DNA of 64,000 nt from Phycisphaerae bacterium. GTDB taxonomy: Bacteria > Planctomycetota > Phycisphaerae > UBA1845 > Fen-1342. Under the pieces are notes generated by a model. It saw only the letters and a program-made list of their open reading frames with translations. It did no database searches and was not told the origin of the DNA. The stretch is taken from assembly GCA_050115495.1 (NCBI GenBank), contig JASFQK010000036.1, positions 1-64,000 on the forward strand, given 5' to 3'. Below, piece after piece: positions 27,582-37,877 of the stretch. How positions within the stretch are numbered: the first letter of the stretch is position 1; each line of letters starts with the position of its first letter. Position numbers and translations under genes: made by a program.

Positions 27582-27742
27582 GCGCACCTGCCTCCCTGCA
27601 TTCGACTTCGCGCCGGCGGAGAGTTCGCTCCGCCGGGGCGTATCATAACCCGCAACTCGCCCAGGCACCCCCCGCGATCGGCGCAGCGCAGGACGGGCCC
27701 GCCCCGCGCGCACGCCTGATTACCAGTGCACTCGGACCGGTT

Positions 27743-29374
27743 TTACTTCCCGAGCAGATCCACGAACGGTGCGATGTCGAAGTTGTTGAACAGGCCGTCG
27801 CCGTTGATGTCGAGCACGCACGCCCAGTCGAAGTCCGGATGCGCGGCCTCCCACGTCGGCAGGTCGACCAGGGCCCGCACGAACGGCGAGATATCGAAGT
27901 TGTTGATTTCCGCGTCGCAGTTGGCGTCGCCGCGGATCTGTCCCGCGCACGGGTTGGCGTCCAGCCCGCCCGAGAAGCAGCGGACCAGCCCGTCCCGACC
28001 GCCGGCTACCATCTCCATCGAGTAGTCGCCGGTGACGTCGGGGATAGCGGCGATCGCGTCCACCGCCTGGGAGTACACGATCTCGTGGAGCACGGCGCCG
28101 TCGATGCCGCTTAGGAAGTAGCAGCGGTTGGTCGAGAACAGCGTGCCGACGTACACGTCGTTCACGCTGTCGCCGGTGATGTCGTCGCTGCGGGCCACGT
28201 TCCACGCCTTGTCCGCCGTCGGCCGCGTCCACACGGCGCTGCCGTCCAGGCCGCTCAGGGCGACGGCGACAGCCTGGCTGTGGCAGGGCATGACGTCGGG
28301 GTGACCATCGTCGTTCAGGTCGCCCAGCGGCTCCATGCGGTTGATCAGGCCGAAACCGGGATTGGTGAACTCGATGGTGCCGTGCGCCACGTCCAGTCCG
28401 TACACGTTGCCGGAGAAGTCGCCGACCATGACGTCGGGAATGCTGTCGCCGGTGATGTCGGCGATCTGGGCCAGTCCCCAGACCGAGCTGCTGTCGGGGT
28501 TCATCGTCCACTCGATGGCGCCGTCGGCTCCGTCGAGGCCGTAGACCTTGCCCTGTGTCTCGTAGGCGTTGGACGCGCCGGTCACCACGTCCGGCTGACC
28601 GTCGCCGGTGAAGTCCTCCACGCCGATGACGGCGAAGACGGGACCTGCCAGGTAGCGCTCCCAGATCGACACGCCGTTCAGGGCGTTCAGGCAGTAGACG
28701 CGCCGCGGACCGGTGTCGCTGGAATCGTCGCCCGTGCAGGCCAGCACGTCCGGCCGTCCGTCGCCGTTGTAGTCGTAGCGGCAATCGACTTGGTAGACCC
28801 AGCCGCCGTCGCCATATTCGTGCGTGTCGTGCGTCCAGATCTCGCGGCCCGTCCGGCCCGAGATAACGCGGATCAATCGGCCGCCCCACGCCGAGGCCAC
28901 GACGACCTCGCCGCAGTCGTCGCCGTCCACGTCGTCCATGTAGGTCAGGCCCTTTTGCGAGTACACGGAGCCGGCGTAGATCTCGTGCTCCCAGACCACG
29001 ACGCCGGTACCCAGTGCCGCCCCGTCGAAGCAGCGTACGTAGTCATCCTCGGAGCAGACGATCACTTCGGCGATGCCGTCGCCGGTGACGTCCGGAATCG
29101 ATCCGATCGCCTTGGGGCTGTTGTCCCACGAAGTGTCGATCGTGTATTCCCAGATCAGCGTGCCGAGCGGATATCCGCCACGGTCACCCAGTTGGCTGAC
29201 ACCGCCGGCACCCGGTACTGCGGCCTGGGCGTCACCGTGCATCGCCGCGCATGCCGTCCACACGGCGGTGTCCGGCACAATTGTCAACTCGTCGTCGAAG
29301 CCGCCTATCCCCGCCACCGCTGCCGTCACCGCAAGCACCGCCAACAACACGCCGAAGTAGTTCGACCGCCTCAT
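27743..29374 (-). CDS. Secreted FG-GAP/PQQ-like beta-propeller protein with C-terminal dockerin-like domain
   Basis: Signal peptide; repeated DxxGDGxxDV..G..G...W units; terminal GDANCDAEINNFDISPFV..DINGDGLFNNFDIAPFV. Confidence 0.82.
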   Translation of the reverse strand: MRRSNYFGVLLAVLAVTAAVAGIGGFDDELTIVPDTAVWTACAAMHGDAQAAVPGAGGVSQLGDRGGYPLGTLIWEYTIDTSWDNSPKAIGSIPDVTGDGIAEVIVCSEDDYVRCFDGAALGTGVVVWEHEIYAGSVYSQKGLTYMDDVDGDDCGEVVVASAWGGRLIRVISGRTGREIWTHDTHEYGDGGWVYQVDCRYDYNGDGRPDVLACTGDDSSDTGPRRVYCLNALNGVSIWERYLAGPVFAVIGVEDFTGDGQPDVVTGASNAYETQGKVYGLDGADGAIEWTMNPDSSSVWGLAQIADITGDSIPDVMVGDFSGNVYGLDVAHGTIEFTNPGFGLINRMEPLGDLNDDGHPDVMPCHSQAVAVALSGLDGSAVWTRPTADKAWNVARSDDITGDSVNDVYVGTLFSTNRCYFLSGIDGAVLHEIVYSQAVDAIAAIPDVTGDYSMEMVAGGRDGLVRCFSGGLDANPCAGQIRGDANCDAEINNFDISPFVRALVDLPTWEAAHPDFDWACVLDINGDGLFNNFDIAPFVDLLGK

Positions 29375-29567
29375 GTCCTGCTCCTTGTGTATGGGTGAAC
29401 TTGCCTCCGCCTCCATGGCAATCTGAGCCCCCTTTCACCATATTAGGCCGGGGGCAGGGCGATCACAAGCGAAACTGGTGGCCGCCGGCATGGCCCCAAG
29501 CAGCGGGCCCCCGGTCGGCGAACGCGCCGGCCGGGGGCCCGGTTGGCTTCGTAGGGGCCTGGGGGGC

Positions 29568-31634
29568 CTACAGCTCGTCCTTCAGCCGCGTGTAGATCGG
29601 GTCGTAGCGGTCGGCGGCCTGGAGACGCCGCTTGACCTGACCGTCCGCCGGATCGAGGTACACGACGACGAGCGAATCATCGTCACGGAGGCGGAACTGG
29701 CCCTCCTTGCCCGCCGAGACGCGGATCTGGGCCGGCTCCTCGAATTGCAGGTCGAGCACGATCGCTCCGGTGGTGAAGTCGACGTCTTCGCGGATCTCGT
29801 CGAAGTTTTCGTCGTACTCGCCGGTCTCGGTCTTCTTCACGCCGCCGATGACGTCGCCGACGCGCACGTCGAACGTCTCGCTCAGCCAGTTGCCCTTGTG
29901 CCACTTGAAGACTTCGACGCGGGCGCCGTCCTTCTCGAGCGTGGGGCCCTTGGCGAAGAAATAGCTGCTGGGCGTGACCTGGATCGACTGGCTCGGCAGC
30001 GACCACTCACCGACCAATTCGCTCTGCTTGGCTTGCGACGGGTCCTTCAGCGCGGCGAGTTGTCCGACGTAGCGGTTCCAGAGCCGCACGCGCATCCGAT
30101 AGCGGTAGGTCTTGCCGGCCTCGACGGTGTCGTCGTGGAACCAGACGGCCACCTGCTCGGGGTCCTTCGGATGCGTGACCATGTTGACATCCGTCCTCTG
30201 TCCCGTTGGCGCCGCCGGGTTGCCGAGCGCCGGATTGCGACCGCGGCCGGCACCGGCCACGGTTATCCCCGAAGGCCCACCGGCGACCGTCACCGGTCCG
30301 CCGGCCACGGTTACGCCACCACCGCCCGCGCCCGACGCCTTCTGCATCTGGGCCAGCTTCTTCTCGGCGATGCGCAGGATCTTCTTGGCCCGCGTCTTGT
30401 CCGAGGAGCGGGCGTGTTCGTTGTCTATGACGCGCTGGGCCGCTGCCTGGGCCTCGTTGTAGTTCTTCTGCCGCGCGGCGGTGTTCGCGGCGGCCAGGTC
30501 TTCCCGGCCCTTCTGTTCGCCTTCCTTGCGCGCCTCCCGGGCTGCCCGCGCAGCTCCGGCGCCGCCGCTGCTCCGGCCGCCTCCGCCACCGCCGACGCTG
30601 ATCGCGCCACCGCCACCACCGATGCCGATCGCTCCGCCGCCGCGTCGCGGCGGTGGCGCTACGACGTTCCGCGTGCGCTCGGACTTCGGCGGCGTGCTCG
30701 CCAGCTCGGGTTCCTCTTCCTCTTCTTCCTCTTCGTAGCCGGCCAGCGCCGGGATTTCCCAGAAGTCACCCGATTCGACCTCGGGGAACTCCGGCTGGAT
30801 CAGCGTTTTCTGCACGTTCTTGACGAGCGTGAAGGCGTCCTTGAGTTCCTGACCGTTGGTGATTTCGCCGGTTACTTCGTCGAACTGCGGATCGGGGATA
30901 TCGAGCTTCGGCATGGCCTTGCTGCCGTTTACGTCCTGCCAGTTCGACCACTCGCCGCTGGCGAGCATCTCCTGCCGCTGGACGTCGGTGCCGGCGAGGT
31001 ACACGCGCGTGCGGTACGACGCGTAGTTGGCCTTGGTCATTTCCTGCTGCTGGGTCTTCCGCGGGAAGTAGGCGGCCACCGTCACCCAGGGCAGCTCGAC
31101 CGGCTTCGGCTGGTTGTCGCCGCCCTCCAGCGCGGGCGTGTCCGGGCCGCCGGCCAGGGCCGTCCCCAGCACCACCGGCCGCTCGACGACTTCGCTACGT
31201 CCGGTACGCAGCACCGGCGGCGACGGCTTCAACGGTGTCACCAGGGCGATGTCGCCCGCCGCCTCCTCGTCCTGCAGCTCTTTCACGGGCAGGCCGAAGT
31301 CCACCGCCAGTGGCAGGGCTGCCGCCACGGCGGGCGTCGCGCCTTCCGTGCCCAGGATGCCGGCGTCGTGCTGCTCGCGCAGTATCTCCGCGTACTTCGG
31401 AACCTCCACCGCCGGCGGCTTCGCGTTGCGCACCGCCGCGTCCAGCCCCTCCGCCGCCTGCCGGATTGCCTGGTCGATGTCGTCGGCGCCGACTTCAGTG
31501 CCGTTGTATTCGATCACGTTCGGCGAGCGCACGAGGTACAGGAAAGCCATGGCGGCCAGGGCGAGCACGCCCAGGCCCAGCGCGGCCTTCTCGACATGCA
31601 TCTCTACGATGCTCACGGGTCCTTTCTTGGCCAT
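29568..31634 (-). CDS. Membrane-anchored hypothetical protein of the pilM operon
   Basis: N-terminal HVEK + TM helix; Gly-rich linkers; FHDDTVEAGKTYRYRMRV (FN3-like strand). Confidence 0.75.
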   Translation of the reverse strand: MAKKGPVSIVEMHVEKAALGLGVLALAAMAFLYLVRSPNVIEYNGTEVGADDIDQAIRQAAEGLDAAVRNAKPPAVEVPKYAEILREQHDAGILGTEGATPAVAAALPLAVDFGLPVKELQDEEAAGDIALVTPLKPSPPVLRTGRSEVVERPVVLGTALAGGPDTPALEGGDNQPKPVELPWVTVAAYFPRKTQQQEMTKANYASYRTRVYLAGTDVQRQEMLASGEWSNWQDVNGSKAMPKLDIPDPQFDEVTGEITNGQELKDAFTLVKNVQKTLIQPEFPEVESGDFWEIPALAGYEEEEEEEEPELASTPPKSERTRNVVAPPPRRGGGAIGIGGGGGAISVGGGGGGRSSGGAGAARAAREARKEGEQKGREDLAAANTAARQKNYNEAQAAAQRVIDNEHARSSDKTRAKKILRIAEKKLAQMQKASGAGGGGVTVAGGPVTVAGGPSGITVAGAGRGRNPALGNPAAPTGQRTDVNMVTHPKDPEQVAVWFHDDTVEAGKTYRYRMRVRLWNRYVGQLAALKDPSQAKQSELVGEWSLPSQSIQVTPSSYFFAKGPTLEKDGARVEVFKWHKGNWLSETFDVRVGDVIGGVKKTETGEYDENFDEIREDVDFTTGAIVLDLQFEEPAQIRVSAGKEGQFRLRDDDSLVVVYLDPADGQVKRRLQAADRYDPIYTRLKDEL

Positions 31635-31681
31635 CGCTCATCCTCCGCGCGGCCGGCCGCCTTTCGGCGTGCCGCCGCGGC

Positions 31682-33004
31682 TTAGTTACCGCTCTTGATT
31701 CCCAGCGCCTCGCGCACCTCAGCGGGGAACATCGCCTCGTATACGCTGCGGGCCATGTAGCCCTCGAAGTACAGCGTCGCCCGCACGACCGGCCCGGCGC
31801 CGTACAGGTAGCCGGCCTGAAGGTCGGCGTCGCCGGCGCTCACGGCGCTGTAGTTCATCTCGATGAGCTGGTAGAAGTTCTGCGTCGTGATGCGGTCGAT
31901 GAGCTTCGGCAGCTCCCGCTGATCGACGACCACCACGACGGAGAACTGGATCACGTCGAACTTCGCATCGCTCTTCCGCCCGGTGAACGACTTCTTGATC
32001 GCGCCGGCGTCGGCGCCGCCCAGGCTGCCAGCCGCGTAGGTCGGGAACATCACGTTCTGCCGGCCCTCCGTGACGTAGCCCAGCACGCGGACGTTCTGTA
32101 GCCGCTTGACCGGCATATGCTCGACGTAGGCCTCGTCCGGATCGAGCTGTCGGGTGGCATCCTCGTTCAGCGAGGCGATGGCCTTGATGACATCCTGCTG
32201 CACCCAGTAGGCGACCTGGGCGTACCACATCTGGTCCGGCGTGGGCCGCGCGCTGCGGTCCAGAATCGGGCTCAGGTGCAGCGAGTTCGCTGCCGGATCG
32301 GTGTTGATGTAGCAGCGGATGCTGCGGGCCTTGGTGATGTTGGCGCGGGCCACGGGGTCGGTTCTCGGGTCACCCTGGGCCGATCCGCCCGGCCGCATCG
32401 GAGTATTCGAACCGCCCACCTGGATGGTTCCCCCCGTGCGTGAGCGCCCCGTACCGGCCACGGTCACTGGAGCGACGCTTATCGGGGCGATGGCTGGCGA
32501 AGGCTGCATGCCAGTTGCGATCGCCGGCGCCGTCGGGCCACCCTCTCCCTCTTCCTCGGCGATCTGGGCCAGCAGTTCGTCGATGTCGAACTGGGCATCG
32601 GCGATTTCCCGGTCGTCGGGCAGGTCGCCGCCCTTGAGCGACAAAGGCAGCTCGTCCATGGCCCGGGCATACGCGTCGCGGAACTCGAAGGCCACGGCTT
32701 CCCGCTCGATCTTCGGGAAGACGTTTTCCATCAGGGGCTGGCGGGCGTTGATCCGCTCCGCTTCCGCCACCGTCGCCGCGTATTCGCGCTGGAAGAGCTG
32801 TCCGCGCTCGGCTTCGGCGTTGATGCACGCGTCATTCTTTGCCGAGCTGCGCAGCGAACCGATCTGGCCGGCGCGTCTGACGCGCTGCTCCATCTCTTCG
32901 ATCACGTTCGTTTGCATCATCCCCAGCACGCCGATGGCGATGAAGACCAGGGCCGCCAGGCCGCTGGCCAGTGAGATCAGGTGATTCTTGATGAACGTCA
33001 TCAT
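31682..33004 (-). CDS. Membrane-anchored hypothetical protein, possible PilO-like partner
   Basis: N-terminal TM + coiled coil; MWYAQVAYWVQQDV; directly downstream of pilM. Confidence 0.72.
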   Translation of the reverse strand: MMTFIKNHLISLASGLAALVFIAIGVLGMMQTNVIEEMEQRVRRAGQIGSLRSSAKNDACINAEAERGQLFQREYAATVAEAERINARQPLMENVFPKIEREAVAFEFRDAYARAMDELPLSLKGGDLPDDREIADAQFDIDELLAQIAEEEGEGGPTAPAIATGMQPSPAIAPISVAPVTVAGTGRSRTGGTIQVGGSNTPMRPGGSAQGDPRTDPVARANITKARSIRCYINTDPAANSLHLSPILDRSARPTPDQMWYAQVAYWVQQDVIKAIASLNEDATRQLDPDEAYVEHMPVKRLQNVRVLGYVTEGRQNVMFPTYAAGSLGGADAGAIKKSFTGRKSDAKFDVIQFSVVVVVDQRELPKLIDRITTQNFYQLIEMNYSAVSAGDADLQAGYLYGAGPVVRATLYFEGYMARSVYEAMFPAEVREALGIKSGN

Positions 33005-33045
33005 CAGCGGTCTCCTTTACGTTCAGGACGACTGCGCATTACGGC

Positions 33046-35118
33046 CTACTCCCCCGGCTGGGGCGCTGCCCCGGGCTTCTGGGGCTTCTCGCCGAGCTTG
33101 ACGCGGAAGCCGAAACGGATGCTCCAGTCTCCGCCCATGTCTTCTCCCGTCACCGGATCGGGCATCGCCGGCCCGGCGGGGCTCCCGGTGCCCAGGGCCG
33201 CTGCGCCGCCCGCCCCCTGGGCGGCCCGCAGTTGTCGCGGCAGCGGTACGTAGATGTTCTCGATCTTCGCGGCCGGATCATCGTCCGGAATGTAGAACCC
33301 CAGTCCTTCCCGCGCCGACAGCTCGCGCAGGTTGGGGAAGTACTCGGCGGTCAGGAAGTCGGCAGCCGCACCCTGCGTCTCGCCGAACAGCAGGCGGGCG
33401 TCGATGTAGACGACGAACCCGCTCGTGGCGAGTGACTGGCCCGCTTGCATCGCCTGCATTTGCTGCTGCTCGCGATTCACCGGTGACGATCGTCGTCCGC
33501 CGACACCCGCTACCTGTATGCCCATGGGGGTTATGGGCCCGGCGCTCGTCCCCGTGGTGCCGCCCCCGCCCGCGGCGGAGGCCAGCATATCCGCCTTTTC
33601 CACGTCTTCCTTGAACTCGATCGACAACTGGTCGATCAGCAACTGCCGCCGCTGCGTTCGCAGTAACTGCCCCGACTTCACCAGGGCCTTGAGATCGTCC
33701 GCAGTGTGCACGTTCGCCAGCAGGGGGTTCTGCGGCGGCATCGCCTCGTACACCAGGGACATGACCCGGGCGACCAGGGCGTTCTTGTCCTGGAGTTCGA
33801 GGAGCTTCTTGATTTCCTGCTCCTTCTCGGAGGTGTTCGTCTGGACCTGGGCGAATTCGCTCTTGAGCTTCTGGGCACGCTGGATGATCTGCTGCGTCGC
33901 GGCCTGGGCCTCGCTGGCTTGCGGGCTGGCCAAAGCCTGCTTGTCGAGCATCGTCCGCGTCCAGGGCATGAACGCCGCCAGGCCCAGGCACGCCGCCGTC
34001 GCCACGAAGAACAGGCGTTTCTTCTTCCAGACCGCGATGCGGGCGAGCTCACCGGGCAGCAGGTTCGCGTTGATCTGCGCCAGTCCGAGCCCTTGCAACG
34101 CCAGGCCGTACGACGCCGGGAAGGTCAGGATGTTCTCCGTGAACTGCGGGGCGTTCACCGTGGCCGACGGGACGATGCCGGCGAACTTCTCGAGCCGCAC
34201 GACACCGCCGGGGATAGTCAGGTTGTTTTCGAGGTACTTCTGGAGGCCGGGCAGGCGGAAGGCGTTGCCCAGGGCGAGCACCCGCTTTAACTCCACGTCG
34301 CGGTGCGTCGAGCTGTAGAAGCCGATGCTCCGCTGGATCTCGGCCACCAGCTCGGCGAAGACCGGGCGCATGGCCTGGAAGATCTGCCGGGCGTATTTGC
34401 TCGTGGCGGCCGTTCGCTTGAGGCTCTCCGCTTTGGCGAACGACAGCTTGAAGGCCCGCACCAGGGCCTCGGTGAAGCTGTTGCCGCCCAGCGGGATGTT
34501 TCGCGTCCAGGCGCTGTTCGGCTCGACGATCACCAGGTCGGTGTTCTGGGCCCCTACGTTGATCAGCACGAGGGCCCCGTCGTCCTCGCCCGCCCGCTCG
34601 AACCGGCAGAAGTTGTAGAGGGCCGAGGGGACCGTCTGGACGATCGAGGCCGAGATGCCCACGTTACCGAAGGCCTCGAGGTGCTTGCGGATCAGGTCCT
34701 TGCGCATCGCGAAGATGCCGACCTCGAGGTCCGGGGAGTCCTCGGTCGCGAACGTCTGGTAATCCCAGATCACGTCGTCCATGTCGAACGGGATCTGCTG
34801 GCTCGCCTCGAACCGCACCAGGTCGGGGACCTTCTTCTGGTCCACCGGCGGCATCTTGCAGAACCGGGCGAAGGTCTGCTGGCCCGGCACCCCGATGACG
34901 AACTGGTCACCCTGCCAGTCGTTGCGTGAGGCGAACTTCTCGAGTGCCCCCCGGATCAGCTCTTCGGGATCCGCGTCGGGCTGAGAGAGGATCTTGGGGT
35001 GCTCGATCACGTCGAAGGCCACAGCCTCGACCTTCCCGTCGCCCACGTTCCGGAGCTTCAGGGCCTTCAACGAGCACTGCCCAACGTCGATACCCCATAC
35101 CGCATTTCCGGCTGCCAT
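33046..35118 (-). CDS. pilM: Type IV pilus assembly protein PilM with C-terminal TM and PilN-like extension
   Basis: WGIDVGQCSLKALKL, FEASQQIPF, IWDYQ, IPLGGNSFTEAL, EIQRSIGFY, GLALQGL..INANLLP. Confidence 0.88.
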   Translation of the reverse strand: MAAGNAVWGIDVGQCSLKALKLRNVGDGKVEAVAFDVIEHPKILSQPDADPEELIRGALEKFASRNDWQGDQFVIGVPGQQTFARFCKMPPVDQKKVPDLVRFEASQQIPFDMDDVIWDYQTFATEDSPDLEVGIFAMRKDLIRKHLEAFGNVGISASIVQTVPSALYNFCRFERAGEDDGALVLINVGAQNTDLVIVEPNSAWTRNIPLGGNSFTEALVRAFKLSFAKAESLKRTAATSKYARQIFQAMRPVFAELVAEIQRSIGFYSSTHRDVELKRVLALGNAFRLPGLQKYLENNLTIPGGVVRLEKFAGIVPSATVNAPQFTENILTFPASYGLALQGLGLAQINANLLPGELARIAVWKKKRLFFVATAACLGLAAFMPWTRTMLDKQALASPQASEAQAATQQIIQRAQKLKSEFAQVQTNTSEKEQEIKKLLELQDKNALVARVMSLVYEAMPPQNPLLANVHTADDLKALVKSGQLLRTQRRQLLIDQLSIEFKEDVEKADMLASAAGGGGTTGTSAGPITPMGIQVAGVGGRRSSPVNREQQQMQAMQAGQSLATSGFVVYIDARLLFGETQGAAADFLTAEYFPNLRELSAREGLGFYIPDDDPAAKIENIYVPLPRQLRAAQGAGGAAALGTGSPAGPAMPDPVTGEDMGGDWSIRFGFRVKLGEKPQKPGAAPQPGE

Positions 35119-35463
35119 GACACACTCCTCTCGCGCCAACCGCAGACGTCCGGATGGACGTCGGCACGGCCAACGTGGATACGTGTTCACACTGGGCGCA
35201 TGACGACGGCCCAGGTCTGTCCGCTACGTTTTCAGGTGTGAGCACCCGCGGCGTGAAGCCACGGTGTCTGCCATGGGACTACCACGACAGCTCGCTCGGA
35301 GGGGTATGGTATGAATGATGCCGGTGTTGCCGAGATCGTCGAGCTTGTCAGGCGGCCACCCCACAGGCGGCTCGCTTAGCCGGTTTGTCGCTGTTCCGTC
35401 GGTCGCACCTCCTGCGGTCAACCGCGTGAAGCCTGGGGCGCCATCATTGCGTCCTCACCTGTA

Positions 35464-35491
35464 AGAGTATCGGCGACGAGCGCGACGTCAA
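35464..35491 (-). promoter_or_regulatory. Possible sigma70 promoter of the pilM operon (long leader)
   Basis: TTGACG-N16-TACTCT on the minus strand, ~345 nt before the pilM ATG. Confidence 0.4.
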
Positions 35492-35621
35492 TCGTCGTCG
35501 GCGAAATTCCGGGCGGTAAACCGTCATGTGCAGACGCGGACAGCCCGAAACCCTGGCTGCTGGCGGGTTTACGCCACGCGCAACATCTACGTAACGGTGG
35601 CCCGGAGGTCGAACGCACGTT

Positions 35622-35708
35622 GCGCTGAAAAAGGGAACAGGCACCTCGCCTCGACTGGTTCCAGAGACGGAATGGGCGTTTCCGTGCTCGGAGCCAGTCC
35701 CCTTTTTC
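35622..35708. repeat. Inverted-arm element copy 1 (REPIN/MITE-like)
   Basis: gaaaaagggaacaggcacctcg-N38-ctcggagccagtcccctttttc; further copies at 50466 and 51924. Confidence 0.8.
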
Positions 35709-35710
35709 CG

Positions 35711-36190
35711 CTAGCCCTTTCGCCGAAAGGCGTACATTCCCCTCTCGCAGGCGACCACGAAGGATTCGCCCTGCGACTTCAACCGCTCCCAGGATTGGCG
35801 GATGCGGTCGGCCTCGTCGGGGGTGATCTGGCCGTCGTTCTCGATGCTGGTGCTGATGTTGGTGAGCAGGTCGCCGAAGTCCTGCACGACCCGTTGCGTA
35901 GAGCCGAGGAGCTGTTCCTCGGCGTCGCCGGGCTCGACCTCCGGGTGGGGGACGAAGAAGCCGCCGGCGTGGTTGCAGAGCCAGTTCACCACGCGGGGGT
36001 CGCCGGTGGCCTCGACGATGTGGCGGAGGCGGTCGAGCGGGTTACGGGCGCCGGAACTGCGGGGATCGGTGGCGGTTGGCGGCTCCTGGCACCATTTGTA
36101 GACGAGAGCAGAACTGAGCTTCAGCTTGCCAGCAACCGCCTTGACCCCGACTTCCTCAATCGCGTTCCTGAGTACTTCCCACGATTCCAC
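35711..36190 (-). CDS. Phage regulatory CII family-like transcription regulator (stand-alone)
   Basis: HTH GVKAVAGKLKLSSALVYKW, NPLDRL, WLCNHAGGFFV, DGQITPDEADRIR. Confidence 0.72.
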   Translation of the reverse strand: MESWEVLRNAIEEVGVKAVAGKLKLSSALVYKWCQEPPTATDPRSSGARNPLDRLRHIVEATGDPRVVNWLCNHAGGFFVPHPEVEPGDAEEQLLGSTQRVVQDFGDLLTNISTSIENDGQITPDEADRIRQSWERLKSQGESFVVACERGMYAFRRKG

Positions 36191-36324
36191 GGGGCACCCC
36201 TGCAACATCCGGTCCCCCGCATGTTACCTGTCCGATAAGGTCTGCCGACGAACGACGCCGGGATTGTCCCGACCGCCCTCGCGTTCGTCAACTGCCGCGT
36301 ACCGGCGGGATAAGCCGCGTTTTG

Positions 36325-36353
36325 TTGACCGGACGAGGGGTGGTGCAGATAAT
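36325..36353 (+). promoter_or_regulatory. sigma70 promoter of sod
   Basis: TTGACC-N17-GATAAT. Confidence 0.5.
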
Positions 36354-36451
36354 CAGAGAAACCCCCGGCGATATGTTCGGGCCCTGTTCGCCGGTTGCCC
36401 GGTGCACCACGACAAAAAAGCGAACCGAGATTCGGATCAAGGAGATTCAAA

Positions 36452-37066
36452 ATGGCTTATGAGCTGGCCCCGCTTCCCTATGCGTACGATGCCCTGGAAC
36501 CGCATATTGATGCGAAGACCATGGAGATCCACCACTCCAAGCACCACCAGGCGTACGTCAACAACGCCAACAAGGCCCTCGAGGGGCATCCCGACCTCGC
36601 CGCCAAGCCCATCGATGAGGTCCTGCGGCACCTCGACAAGATCCCGGCGGACATCCGGCAGGCCGTGATTAATCACGGCGGCGGCGTGTACAACCACAAC
36701 TTCTTCTGGCAGATCATGGGGCCGAAGAAGGGCGGCGAGCCCAAGGGCAAGCTGGCCATCGCCATCGGCGAGACCTTCGGCAACTTCGCCAACTTCAAGG
36801 AGCAGTTCACCAAGGCGGCCGCCACGCAGTTCGGCAGCGGCTGGGCCTGGCTGGGCCTCGACCAGAACGGTCGCCTGCACGTCGGCGCCACGTCCAACCA
36901 GGACTCGCCGATCAGCACGGGCCACACCCCGCTGCTCGCCCTGGACGTGTGGGAGCACTCGTACTACCTGAAGTACCAGAACCGGCGGCCGGACTACATC
37001 ACGGCGTGGTGGAACGTCGTTAACTGGGACAAGGTGGCCGAGCTGTACGAGCTGGCGCGCAAGTAG
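36452..37066 (+). CDS. sodA: Fe/Mn superoxide dismutase (Mn-type signature residues)
   Basis: [44 protein letters not shown]. Confidence 0.95.
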   Translation: MAYELAPLPYAYDALEPHIDAKTMEIHHSKHHQAYVNNANKALEGHPDLAAKPIDEVLRHLDKIPADIRQAVINHGGGVYNHNFFWQIMGPKKGGEPKGKLAIAIGETFGNFANFKEQFTKAAATQFGSGWAWLGLDQNGRLHVGATSNQDSPISTGHTPLLALDVWEHSYYLKYQNRRPDYITAWWNVVNWDKVAELYELARK

Positions 37067-37094
37067 CCCCCGCGCGACACCCCTGAAACGCACG

Positions 37095-37122
37095 AGCGGC
37101 CGCCCTTACCGGCGGCCGTTTT
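37095..37122 (+). terminator. Probable intrinsic terminator after sod
   Basis: gcggccgcc-cttacc-ggcggccgt-ttt. Confidence 0.55.
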
Positions 37123-37259
37123 CCTGCGCCTGCCGCGGTTGCAGGGCGCCCGTCGCCCTGCTAGCCTGCTCGTTCCCGCAAACATCGTGCCCGCGGCCCG
37201 GCCGCCCGTGTTGGATCGGCGGTGGGGCAGGCACCGGATCGGGGAGATGGGAACGACCG

Positions 37260-37838
37260 ATGACCGCCGCCCGCGATTATGTGACGATTGTCTCCGGCCT
37301 GCCGCGTTCCGGCACCTCCATGATGATGCGCATGCTGGCTGCGGGAGGCATCCCGCCGCTGACCGACAACCTCCGCGTCGCCGACGAGGACAACCCGCGC
37401 GGCTACTACGAGTTTGAGCCGGTCAAGAAGACGAAGGAAGACGCCTCCTGGCTCGCCACCGCCGGCGGCAAGGTCGTCAAGATGGTCTATCGCCTGCTGT
37501 ACGACCTGCCGGCGGGCCACGAGTACCGCGTCGTCTTCATGCGGCGCAAGCTCGAAGAGGTGCTCGCCTCGCAGAACGTGATGCTCGACCGGCAGGGCAA
37601 AGCCACCGGCGACCTGCCGCCGGAGAAGCTCCACGGCCTGTTCAACGCGGAGCTGGAGAAGGCGGACCAGTGGATCCGGCAGCAACCGCACTTCAAGCTG
37701 CTCTACGCGGACTACAACGAGACGCTGAGCAACCCGGCCCCGACCGTCGAGGCGCTGAACAACTTCCTCGACGGCAACCTGGACACGGCGGCCATGCTCA
37801 AGACCGTCGAGCCGCAGCTCTACCGGCAGCGGAAGTAG
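37260..37838 (+). CDS. Sulfotransferase family protein
   Basis: IVSGLPRSGTSMMMRML PAPS-loop, NPRGYYE, LYRQR. Confidence 0.85.
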   Translation: MTAARDYVTIVSGLPRSGTSMMMRMLAAGGIPPLTDNLRVADEDNPRGYYEFEPVKKTKEDASWLATAGGKVVKMVYRLLYDLPAGHEYRVVFMRRKLEEVLASQNVMLDRQGKATGDLPPEKLHGLFNAELEKADQWIRQQPHFKLLYADYNETLSNPAPTVEALNNFLDGNLDTAAMLKTVEPQLYRQRK

Positions 37839-37877
37839 GACCGGCGTTGAAGAGGGGGACAAGGCTCGCCCTACGAA

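Noticed and set aside
35119..35460. c-di-GMP riboswitch in the long pilM leader
   Set aside because: GEMM hallmarks (GGCAAAC..GAAA..GGACGCAAA) are not found in the right order
35711..36190. Prophage around the CII-like gene
   Set aside because: No integrase, structural or replication genes and no att-like repeats; flanks are host genes
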